From the sequence record DRR723986_1848: a DNA stretch of 20,000 nt; one strand, written 5' to 3'. Within the stretch, counting starts at the first letter, position 1, and the number at the start of each line of letters is the position of its first letter. A program made the position numbers and the translations under genes. A model generated the notes under the pieces. It ran no database searches. It was not told where the DNA came from and worked only from the letters and a program-made list of their open reading frames with translations. This document shows positions 1 through 8,178 of the stretch, piece after piece.

Positions 1-1917
1 AATGATAGTGCTCCCCCATATCTTGGTGAAAAAGGAGTGGGTCGTCTCGCTGTAATGCGACTGGGATGGAAGGTACATATTGAGACTGTAACAAGCAAAG
101 AGAAAGTCACCAACGTTCTAGAAATTGATTGGAAGCGTTTTGAGGAGGCGGATGATGCTGCTGTATCGACAGTAGAGTTAAATCCAGTAGCTGGGAATGA
201 GAAAACAGGTGATGAGTCATTTACTCGAATTACGATCTCAGATCTCAGATCTAGCTGGTCAATATCACGACTTAACCAAATAGCGCGAGAACAAATAGCC
301 CGGATGATGGATCCTTTTTCTTGGGAGGGGAGAAGATTCCAGATTCGTCTAAGTATAAACGGAGTTCCGATTCAACCAGTACGGCAAATTGTTGATGAGC
401 TCTTGCAAAATTCTCATGCCAAGTGTGTCGGTAAGTTTTACTTGAATGGCGGACGACCAGCATTAACCGCTAAAGTTGAGTCCTCGTTGTATCTGGGGGA
501 TACGAAAGAGCTAAATTTTGATTTGGTGGATCTGATGGGTATGGTTGGGCTTAGAGAGTCAGGCTTACCGAGTTCTGTTTTGCGATCCATAGGACCGTTT
601 ACCTTCGAATTGTATTGGTTTAATAGACAAAGACTGCGTGGTATTCCTGATGTGGGCGATCGAAAGGCTGTATCAGATTTGGTGAGAACCTGGGCTGGCG
701 TTTGTTTGTTTCGGGACGGCTTTAGAGTTCTACCATATGGTGACCCAGGCGATGACTGGTTGGGCCTAGATATAACGGCACTGGCGTCAAGTGGTTACAA
801 GCTAAACACTAAACAGATTATTGGCCGAGTAAATATTGGTCGAACGACAAATCCCTGTCTTCTAGATCAAACAAATAGACAAGGTCTACTTGAGACTCCT
901 GAAAAGGAAGTTCTGGTTACTCTGATGCGCAGTCTGGTCTCGAGCTGGTGGCACGACTACCTGAATGAAGCTTCGCAGGCTCAGAAGCGAAAAGAAATTC
1001 GATCTTTCGATCCCACTGTTGAAGGAAATACGGTCGAGGCTTTGGAGTTGCGTGCGACCCAGTCATTGAAAGATATACGTACTCAATATTCGGGCGAAGC
1101 TCAGTTACTTCGAGATGTGAGAGACGCATTTGCAGAGGTAAAGGAAGCTCACCAAAGGGCAGTTCAGCGAATATTAACAATCGAAGAGGAGAAGGAGCGT
1201 TTGACGCAGTTAGCGGGTGTAGGTCTGATGGTCGAAGTTATAGCTCATGAGCTAACTCGAGCTACGGAGCTTACTCAAGCGACGCTCAAAGATATCGGGC
1301 ATCGAAAGATCGATTCCGACGTTGCCTCGGCGTTCCGCACTCTCGGCGAGCAAATTAAGGTAATTCAGAAGAGACTACAAACTCTGGAACCTCTCTCAAT
1401 CACAGCACGTTTTCGACGCTCTAAGATGCGTCTCTTTGACATAGTTAAATATGTGATTGAAGGTCACTCCGCGCAGTTTGCTAGACATGATGTTGATTTT
1501 CGGTGGATGGAGGGATCCGAACATGACGTTGTTGCATTCGTAATCGAAGGGCATATAGTTCAAATACTTGAGAACCTGATTAACAATTCCATATATTGGC
1601 TTGACACAGAAAAAAAAGACTTTCCGTCACTTCATGCACAAATCAATCTAGGAATTTACAGCAACCCACCTCGTATTATCTATTCTGATAACGGACCAGG
1701 AATACCGCCAGGCCGGAACCAATTGGTATTTGAACCATTTTTCTCAACAAAGAGTGGCATGAAGGCAAGACGCCAGGGCCTTGGTCTTTATATAGCTCGG
1801 CAAAATGCGGAAGCTTTAGGTGGCTCAATTGAGCTTGTTCAGCTTGGTAGTGTGCGTGAAAATCGTTACAACACTTTTCAATTAGATTTAAAAGAGGGGC
1901 CTAATGAGTCTGAGTGA
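1..1917 (+). CDS. 5'-partial GHKL (MORC/MutL/HSP90-like) ATPase fused to a C-terminal histidine kinase (HisKA-like + HATPase_c)
   Basis: Frame +1 is open from base 1 (NDSAPPYLGEKGVGRLA, a GHKL glycine-rich motif), so the true start is upstream of the window. An S5-like region follows (LFRDGFRVLPYG, DQTNRQG), then a predicted coiled coil, H-box AHEL (His codon 1246-1248), N-box ENLINNS, G1 DNGPGI, F-box FEPFFSTK and G2 GLGLYIA. No transmembrane segment is apparent. Confidence 0.9.
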   Translation, partial: NDSAPPYLGEKGVGRLAVMRLGWKVHIETVTSKEKVTNVLEIDWKRFEEADDAAVSTVELNPVAGNEKTGDESFTRITISDLRSSWSISRLNQIAREQIARMMDPFSWEGRRFQIRLSINGVPIQPVRQIVDELLQNSHAKCVGKFYLNGGRPALTAKVESSLYLGDTKELNFDLVDLMGMVGLRESGLPSSVLRSIGPFTFELYWFNRQRLRGIPDVGDRKAVSDLVRTWAGVCLFRDGFRVLPYGDPGDDWLGLDITALASSGYKLNTKQIIGRVNIGRTTNPCLLDQTNRQGLLETPEKEVLVTLMRSLVSSWWHDYLNEASQAQKRKEIRSFDPTVEGNTVEALELRATQSLKDIRTQYSGEAQLLRDVRDAFAEVKEAHQRAVQRILTIEEEKERLTQLAGVGLMVEVIAHELTRATELTQATLKDIGHRKIDSDVASAFRTLGEQIKVIQKRLQTLEPLSITARFRRSKMRLFDIVKYVIEGHSAQFARHDVDFRWMEGSEHDVVAFVIEGHIVQILENLINNSIYWLDTEKKDFPSLHAQINLGIYSNPPRIIYSDNGPGIPPGRNQLVFEPFFSTKSGMKARRQGLGLYIARQNAEALGGSIELVQLGSVRENRYNTFQLDLKEGPNESE

Positions 1918-3907
1918 ACTCTTTGTCAAGCGCGGAATCGTCTGTGCGCATATTATTGATGATGCTTTCGATACCCTGCCATCGTACGCTATGGGGCCAG
2001 ACGAAGCTCAAGCTGCGCTGGAAAACTTTGAAGAAGAGGACTTTAACAATATTTGCAAAATTCTCAAGTTGAAGTCTTGTGATGAGGACGGCATACGAAA
2101 GTCCTTACAGGATATCCAAAGTATCCATGAATTATTCAAAAAACGAGCTTCCCTTACAGAAAAAGCCTCGGGAATATTGTTCAATTCATTTGATAAAGAG
2201 ACTGCAGGGAAGGTAGAGCTCGTTCAACCACTTGTGAATTTGTTGAAAGATAACGGTGTTAATTGCCATTGTTTTGGTGTGGATTATTTACCTAAGGGTG
2301 TAGATGCCCCACAACTTTTATTCATTGACTTGAAGTTAAAAGAAGGTGCTAAAAGTGATGTAACACATGTGGATGCAGTTAAGGTATTTAAATCTCTATC
2401 GACTGTGCACAAAGATTGCAAGCCATTTGTTTTTCTGATGTCTTCCCTTAAAACAGTACTCCCCGAGAAACGTGAATTATTCCGGCGCGATGCTGAGTTA
2501 TTTCAGTCTGAATTTGAAGATCTAGACAAGGCAATTTTCACAAATGGAGATGAGCTTTCTCGGGTTTTAGGAAGTTATACTCAGTCATTAGAACTCCTCG
2601 GTGATCTCCGTGACAAGATGAAGGCTTTTCAGGGCGGGATAGAAGGAGCCGCTAAGAAAGTTATGCATCAACTTCGCGCACTTGATTTAGCCGATTATTT
2701 CGTTCTTTATCACAATACGATAGCAGTTGAAAAAATCAAACTTGGCTCTTATGTTGTTGAAATGTTGCTGGAGTTTTTGGCTCACGAAGTTGAAGGACAG
2801 GGTGAAGTTTGGGATTTAGCGAGGTCTCTCGATCAATTAGAGTTGAAGGACTTGCCGCGAGCTCGTTTTGGAGTTACGCATGCAGTATCTCGACTGTATT
2901 CCGCAAATATGATGCATTCGGAAGCGATGCTCCGTTCTGAAGAAGCTGCAAAAGAGGGGCCGGCACAGGGTTACTTTTTTACTGGTGATATTTTCGTTGA
3001 TGCGCAAGCATTTAATTTGTCCATTCCAGACAGAGCTTATGCAATAGTGACGCCAGCATGTGATCTGGTTAGACCTGAAAAATTGAAGGAACGTACATTG
3101 CTAGTTTGCGAGGGAAGTGTTCGGGCAGTTAACCCCGGGTCGTCCACATTGATTGCAAAAGACGGTCTGCCAATTACAGTTATGAATAATTTACGCAATA
3201 CGGATCAGTTTATAGCAATTGAATGGAACAAAAAAAAGCTTCATACCTGGCATGAGGCCGAACAGTTAAAGTTTTCCGATCCTTCACAATGTTCGCTGGT
3301 ACGTGTAGGTCGACTTAGATCTACCTACGCATTGCAATTGCAGCGAGCGATCACATCTGATCTTAGTCGAGTTGGCACACAAAGGCCACCAAGTGCATTA
3401 GTACCTCATCAACTTCGGTGTTTCGTATCAGATAGTATAAAATGGCATGAAGTTTACTTTGATCTGAATACTGACGCAGCTGCGCTCACAGATTCAGAGA
3501 GTAGCGGAAAAAAGCACACATTGTTTGTGTTGACAGATTCGACTATTCACAAGGTTTTTATTAAGATTGATGCATGGATCAAGAATAATCCTAACGTTGT
3601 TAATAAAGTCTCGATTGAAAAAATATTGAAAGACGATGTTAGAAACGCATTACGTGGGTATAAGCAAAAAGTACCTCAGCCTAAGAAACCAGGCGATAAA
3701 GTCGACGTGACAGCCTATCCATTAGAGGTTATTTGGACAGGAGTAGACCAGAAATTAGTCGCTATGACTCGGGCGGGTTCCGGATCGATATACTCACAAA
3801 TCGCAGATGGTCATACTGTAAACGGTACCCAGAATACTTGTGTTGTATTTAAACTGGAAGTGCCTTCGGAACCTACGGAACAAGTCGCTACTCAGAACCC
3901 GGCCTAG
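1904..3907 (+). CDS. Atypical response-regulator receiver-domain protein with an uncharacterised C-terminal region (TPACD motif)
   Basis: 667-aa ORF overlapping the kinase stop by 14 bp, with GAGGGG upstream. Receiver-like motifs: HIIDD (D19/D20), LFIDLKL (D142), FLMSS and LDK. Later motifs TGDIF, IVTPACDLVR and GRLR...LSRVG. Confidence 0.7.
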   Translation: MSLSELFVKRGIVCAHIIDDAFDTLPSYAMGPDEAQAALENFEEEDFNNICKILKLKSCDEDGIRKSLQDIQSIHELFKKRASLTEKASGILFNSFDKETAGKVELVQPLVNLLKDNGVNCHCFGVDYLPKGVDAPQLLFIDLKLKEGAKSDVTHVDAVKVFKSLSTVHKDCKPFVFLMSSLKTVLPEKRELFRRDAELFQSEFEDLDKAIFTNGDELSRVLGSYTQSLELLGDLRDKMKAFQGGIEGAAKKVMHQLRALDLADYFVLYHNTIAVEKIKLGSYVVEMLLEFLAHEVEGQGEVWDLARSLDQLELKDLPRARFGVTHAVSRLYSANMMHSEAMLRSEEAAKEGPAQGYFFTGDIFVDAQAFNLSIPDRAYAIVTPACDLVRPEKLKERTLLVCEGSVRAVNPGSSTLIAKDGLPITVMNNLRNTDQFIAIEWNKKKLHTWHEAEQLKFSDPSQCSLVRVGRLRSTYALQLQRAITSDLSRVGTQRPPSALVPHQLRCFVSDSIKWHEVYFDLNTDAAALTDSESSGKKHTLFVLTDSTIHKVFIKIDAWIKNNPNVVNKVSIEKILKDDVRNALRGYKQKVPQPKKPGDKVDVTAYPLEVIWTGVDQKLVAMTRAGSGSIYSQIADGHTVNGTQNTCVVFKLEVPSEPTEQVATQNPA

Positions 3908-3956
3908 AGAAAAATGCCAGATTGTATTGTTGAAATTTCATGGATTAAGCTTTTGG

Positions 3957-4484
3957 TTACAGATAGACACCATAACGAATGGCGGATAGCAGATTGGATA
4001 TCACCTGCTGGCCCACCACGGTATCAAAGTAATCTGCAGGACGATGGCCACCCAAGGCGTCATTGTGACTAAATGCCCAAGTTCCGAGCCACTCGGCGGC
4101 ATCAAATCCTTCAGGATCGCCACACTCCTCAACAATATTTTTTACTTGTCCTATTAACAAGTGAATTCCAATGATCTGGTTAGACAGACTTTTTTTCTGA
4201 CTGGGTGAGCCTCTAGACTTGATTGAGTAGGCCAAAGAAAGAGAGATGCCGAGACTGTGGGACAAGTTAGCCAAACTGACTCCCATGGCTTGGGCAGTTT
4301 CATAAAAATACCCAGCAGGGATTCCAGCTCTGATCAACCCAACGCGCTCTACTAGAGTGGTTTTGTAGACAGAACTTATGTAGTTGGCAAATTTATCTTT
4401 TTGAGGCGATGAACTCGACAATTTTGACTCCACAAATTTCCTTAGACTTATTGGCCAATGTATCCTAGGCACTTGAAAAAACAC
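3957..4484 (-). CDS. Xre/MbcA/ParS-family antitoxin (HTH + DUF2384-like C-terminal domain)
   Basis: ERVGLIRAGIPA followed by an HTH-like segment, and the C-terminal FDAAEWL...ALGGHRPADYFDTVVGQQVISNLL...GVY typical of this family. The GTG start is uncertain. Confidence 0.8.
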   Translation of the reverse strand: MFFQVPRIHWPISLRKFVESKLSSSSPQKDKFANYISSVYKTTLVERVGLIRAGIPAGYFYETAQAMGVSLANLSHSLGISLSLAYSIKSRGSPSQKKSLSNQIIGIHLLIGQVKNIVEECGDPEGFDAAEWLGTWAFSHNDALGGHRPADYFDTVVGQQVISNLLSAIRYGVYL

Positions 4485-4689
4485 AGCGATCGAGCCGCTA
4501 AGTGGCCGGCACGTAATGTTGTTTTTAGGTGAGTTAGATCGGTTATGACTAAACTGGCTCTCAAACCTTGACGATCCTTATGTGCATAGTGCGGGGCAGA
4601 CAGGGCTACGTCGCTAGCTTAGCGAGTCCTCGTAAGGATTGCTATTGAAGTTTTATGGACGAACTAGGAGTGGCGCTGATTGAAGTTTT

Positions 4690-4799
4690 TCAAGTTTCAA
4701 AAATCCGATCCTAAACTTGAGCGATTTCTCACTGGATTGATTTTTCGAATCAAATGATTTAATGTTCCGATGAATCGGAGCATATATTCCATGAATATA
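4690..4799. promoter_or_regulatory. Cluster of inverted repeats (putative operators) and possible extended -10 upstream of the DUF433 gene
   Basis: TCAAGTTT/AAACTTGA (4690-4697/4713-4720), TTGATT/AATCAA (4737-4753), TGTTCCGAT-GA-ATCGGAGCA (4763-4782, one mismatch) and TATATTC-CAT-GAATATA (4783-4799). TGaTTTAAT at 4755-4763. Confidence 0.45.
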
Positions 4800-5456
4800 A
4801 CTAAATACTTATCGATCGCTGGAGCAGCATTTGTGTCAGGTTTGACAGAACGTGAACTGAACCGAGTAATTGATGAGATGCTTGTACCAGATGAGTTGGT
4901 TGTTCAGAGTAACGGGGGCAGGAGTTTTTCACCGCTGGGCATTGCTTTTGCAAAGTTTTACTTCCGATTGGCTCCAATACTGAGTGCGACGACCAGGAAG
5001 CAGATCATTAATCAAGCATACGAGAATTTCCATGTACAAGGCGAAGGCTTCAATTTCTTGGGTGAGGTTGTGGTGGGAGCCAAAAGTTGGGAGATTTCGG
5101 TTGATATAGTTAGAGTTGATATTGCCCCTTTTGTGCGTGAGGTTTGGTCGAATTTACGCTTGGTGGATGCAGCTGAAAGTTCGATTACACAGGACGATTC
5201 GGTGATGTCTGGGCGTCCCGTATTCAAGGGAACAAGGCTTCCAGTCGACTTGGTTGTCGGTGTCAAGGAACAGTCAATAAGTATTCAAGAAGCTCAAGAG
5301 GCCTACCCATTCTTAACCAAAGAGCAAATTGAGGCGGCGGAAGTCTACCTCAAGCTCCACCCTCCCCGTGGGCGCCCTAGACGCCTGACAGAAGTGAACC
5401 CAAAGCTCAAGGTATTAAGGCCGAGAGCCAAAAGCGAAAGAAATTTTGACGATTAA
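4770..5456 (+). CDS. HTH + DUF433 domain protein (antitoxin-type)
   Basis: N-terminal HTH-like segment (AAFVSGLTERELNRVID) and C-terminal DUF433 signature ITQDDSVMSGRPVFKGTRLPV...EAYPFLTKEQIEAA. The likely start is ATG 4791, with GGAG at 4777-4780. Confidence 0.85.
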   Translation: MNRSIYSMNITKYLSIAGAAFVSGLTERELNRVIDEMLVPDELVVQSNGGRSFSPLGIAFAKFYFRLAPILSATTRKQIINQAYENFHVQGEGFNFLGEVVVGAKSWEISVDIVRVDIAPFVREVWSNLRLVDAAESSITQDDSVMSGRPVFKGTRLPVDLVVGVKEQSISIQEAQEAYPFLTKEQIEAAEVYLKLHPPRGRPRRLTEVNPKLKVLRPRAKSERNFDD

Positions 5457-5511
5457 CATCGAATAGCTTCGGAATGTAGCGCTGAGCAGAACTCAGGCGG
5501 AATGATTGTTG

Positions 5512-5556
5512 GTCGCGTATTTACGTGTGTAGTCGCATATTTAAACGGAAATAACA
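5512..5556 (-). repeat. Transposon end: terminal TGT plus two 12-bp direct repeats (putative TnsB/TniA binding sites)
   Basis: Minus strand reads TGTTATTTCCGTT-TAAATATGCGAC-TACACACG-TAAATACGCGAC. The repeats are 11/12 identical with a 20-bp period. Confidence 0.7.
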
Positions 5557-6423
5557 TCCGCCGCCGATCAATGCAGCCATGGTGCTGCTAGGGTGTGGGT
5601 TTCTAAAAGGGCGCTGCGGGCTCAGCATGTCGCTTTCGCCTTTCAGGCTTCGAATGGCCGAGATCTCCAGCGAGTCTTCAAAAGGCAAAGGTGGCATCAG
5701 GCTGCCTACGCGCTGCGCCAGCATCGACTTTCCACTGCCCGGTGGGCCCACCAGGCGAATGTGGTGTTGACCCGCCGTGGCGGTCAGTAAGGCATGTTTG
5801 GCGGTTTGGTGACCAATCACTTCGGCCATGTCCAGTGGGTTGGTCGTGCTCGAATGGTTTGATGCCAGGTGTGATTGTTGTTCCAGTGGCTGGCCATGCC
5901 CCACCAGATGCGCAGCCGCTTCAAACAAATTGCCGGCGCCGAATACTGCAAGGTCGGGCACAGTGGCTGCAAGCCTGGCTGGCGCTTTGGGCATCATCAG
6001 CTTGATCGTGCGCTGGCGTATGCAGGCCTCCTTTCGAGCAGCAACTGCCAGGGCAAAAGGACTGCGTACGCCAGTCAGTGCACCTGACAATGACAGTTCT
6101 CCAGCGAACAACCAGTCAGAGAGATCGGCTTTGGCCAATTGGCCCGAAGCACTGGCGATGCCCAATGCGACTGCAAGATCAAATGCCGCACTGCCCTTGG
6201 GAAGGTCAGCCGGCGCGAGGTTGACTGTAATTCGCTGAGAGGGAAACTCGAATCCGCTGTTGAGCAAGGCCGATCGTACTCGTTCTTTGGATTCACGGAT
6301 TTCGGTATCGGGCAGACCGACCAGCGCGAAGGAAGGCAAGCCGGCTGACAAATGAACCTCAATTTGAACCGCGACAGGGCGAACGCCCACAAAGGTAAGA
6401 CTGTGAAGGGTGGCTAGAGGCAT
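5557..6423 (-). pseudogene. comM: 5' fragment of comM/yifB (Mg-chelatase-like AAA+ ATPase) interrupted by the insertion; reads through 11 codons to TAA at 5521-5523
   Basis: From ATG 6423: GLPSFALVGLPD, ESKERVRSA, ITVNLAPADLPK, GELSLSG, Walker A GPPGSGKSMLA and RPFRNPH...ALIGGG. The conserved continuation (PGEISLAH, Walker B FLDE) is absent. Confidence 0.92.
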
Positions 6424-6531
6424 GGTGCGGACAACAGTCAAACCCCGAGGATTATCCCCACGCCGCTTCTTTTTGCAAATGAGTGCTTCGGTTGGCGTCA
6501 CCCGGTGGACGACGCCTGACAGAGGGCTCGA

Positions 6532-6762
6532 TCAGGTTCGTTTCTCGAGCTCAGCCACGCGCAATTCGAGTGCATGCACCTTTTCGCGCAGCCGGTTAAG
6601 CACTTCCTTTTGGATTTCAAAATCTTCAAGGCTCACAAACTCCATGTCTTGCAAACCTTGCCGAATCAGCTGTGTGACTGGATTCTCCATGTTTTGAAGG
6701 CCTTTTGCGTTGAGCAATTCGCCTACTTTGGCCGTGATGGCATCGAAAGGATTGTTCGCCAA
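6532..6762 (-). CDS. ubiK: UbiK/YqiC (BMFP) family accessory factor
   Basis: 76 aa with FVSLEDFEIQKEVLNRLREKVHALELRVAELE. It sits in the usual position upstream of comM, divergent from glnK-amtB. TTG start. Confidence 0.85.
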   Translation of the reverse strand: MANNPFDAITAKVGELLNAKGLQNMENPVTQLIRQGLQDMEFVSLEDFEIQKEVLNRLREKVHALELRVAELEKRT

Positions 6763-6790
6763 TGTTTACCCCGAAAGAGTTTTATCGCGT

Positions 6791-6820
6791 CGCACCAAAA
6801 CAGTGCACCAAATTGGTGCT
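6791..6820. promoter_or_regulatory. Two overlapping NtrC-type binding sites
   Basis: CGCACCAAAACAGTGCA (6791-6807) and TGCACCAAATTGGTGCT (6804-6820) match TGCACCA-N3-TGGTGCA and lie upstream of a sigma54 promoter and glnK-amtB. Confidence 0.85.
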
Positions 6821-6902
6821 GCGGCGAAAAATTCAAAAAATTGAATCCCTATTGTGCCCGAAAAAGGGGGATTTATCGTGAAATTACCGACGAGTTCATG
6901 GT

Positions 6903-6918
6903 TGGCACACTTCTCGCT
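6903..6918 (+). promoter_or_regulatory. Sigma54 (-24/-12) promoter
   Basis: TGGCAC-ACTTC-TCGCT, with GG (6904-6905)-N10-GC (6916-6917). Confidence 0.8.
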
Positions 6919-6973
6919 AATAGACCCTTGCCAAAAAAACTTTACGGCATTCATCTATTTTTAGGAGAGTGAG

Positions 6974-7747
6974 ATGAAAAAATTAGTACTGGTCGCTGCA
7001 ATCGCCGCAACTACTTTCGGGGCTGTTTCAACTGCACAAGCTGTTGAAGTGACTACCACTGCAAACGCCAACCTCACCACCGACTATAAGTTCCGTGGTA
7101 TTTCCCAAACCAATGCAGGCCCAGCTTTCCAGGGTGGTTTTGACGCCGCTTTCAGCAACGGTTTCTACATCGGTAACTGGAACTCCAACGTTTCTTTCAC
7201 TGGCGCTACTGGTGCCGGTCTGGAAATGGACTTCTACGGTGGCTACGCTGGCTCTTTCGCCAACGGTATTGGATATGACGTGGGTGCTTTGTATTACTTC
7301 TACGAAGGCGCAGCTATTACCCCAGGTTTGCCCGAACTCAATACATTGGAAGTCTACGGTAAGTTGACTTACGGTGGTGCATACGCCAAGTTGTCAGTCG
7401 CTGCTTCCGAAGACTACTTCGGCTTCCAGGGCGTCAATAGCCAAAATGATCAGAGCGGATCAACATACCTCGACTTGGGTTACACATTCCCATTGTCCGA
7501 TGCTTTGTCTTTGACCGCTCACTACGGTTTGACATCGTTCGACAAGGACATGGCCGACCTGCGTCCAGGTGCTACCGGCACAATCGACTCCTATGCTGAC
7601 TACAGCATCGGCGCTACATATGCCATTAGCCCAAAGTACTCAATCACCGCAGCCTACATCGAAACTGATGACGATGCGCAAGCACTGATCAACAACGATG
7701 ACTTGACCGACGGTTCTTTGGTAGTGACTTTCAGCGCCAAGTTCTAA
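6974..7747 (+). CDS. TorF-family putative outer-membrane porin
   Basis: Signal peptide, TDYKFRGISQT, PAFQGGFD, EMDFYGGY and C-terminal Phe. RBS AGGAG. Typical location upstream of glnK. Confidence 0.88.
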   Translation: MKKLVLVAAIAATTFGAVSTAQAVEVTTTANANLTTDYKFRGISQTNAGPAFQGGFDAAFSNGFYIGNWNSNVSFTGATGAGLEMDFYGGYAGSFANGIGYDVGALYYFYEGAAITPGLPELNTLEVYGKLTYGGAYAKLSVAASEDYFGFQGVNSQNDQSGSTYLDLGYTFPLSDALSLTAHYGLTSFDKDMADLRPGATGTIDSYADYSIGATYAISPKYSITAAYIETDDDAQALINNDDLTDGSLVVTFSAKF

Positions 7748-7758
7748 ATTGAATCCAG

Positions 7759-8157
<399 letters not shown>

Positions 8158-8178
8158 CCAGAGAGAAGTGAGGAAATC

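Larger units (their letters stand above)
1..5556. mobile_element. Terminal portion of a Tn7-like (Tn6022/AbaR-type) comM-targeting transposon or genomic island; the other end and the transposition genes are outside the window
   Basis: comM homology ends abruptly at 5557. The element end reads TGTTATTT inward on the minus strand (5556 leftwards) and carries two direct repeats, GTCGCGTATTTA (5512-5523) and GTCGCATATTTA (5532-5543). The flank is TCCGC (5557-5561). Cargo is AT-richer than the backbone. No transposase is visible in the window. Confidence 0.8.

Noticed and set aside
37-39. GTG at 37 as the start of the ATPase-kinase
   Set aside because: It lies inside the conserved GEKGVGR motif and the frame is open to base 1, so the gene begins upstream of the window.
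3931-3940. Palindrome TGAAATTTCA between convergent genes
   Set aside because: It is short and AT-rich, with no GC stem to act as a terminator, and is plausibly chance.
5457-5511. Possible PIN toxin remnant after the DUF433 gene
   Set aside because: No start with a hydrophobic-D-E/N PIN motif was recognisable, and the space is too short.
5512-5543. 12-bp direct repeats as a mini CRISPR array
   Set aside because: There are only two copies with an 8-bp spacer and no cas genes in the window. Their position next to a TGT terminus fits transposase binding sites.
6424-6501. 26-aa N-terminal extension of comM in the ORF track
   Set aside because: Family similarity begins at MPLA (ATG 6423).
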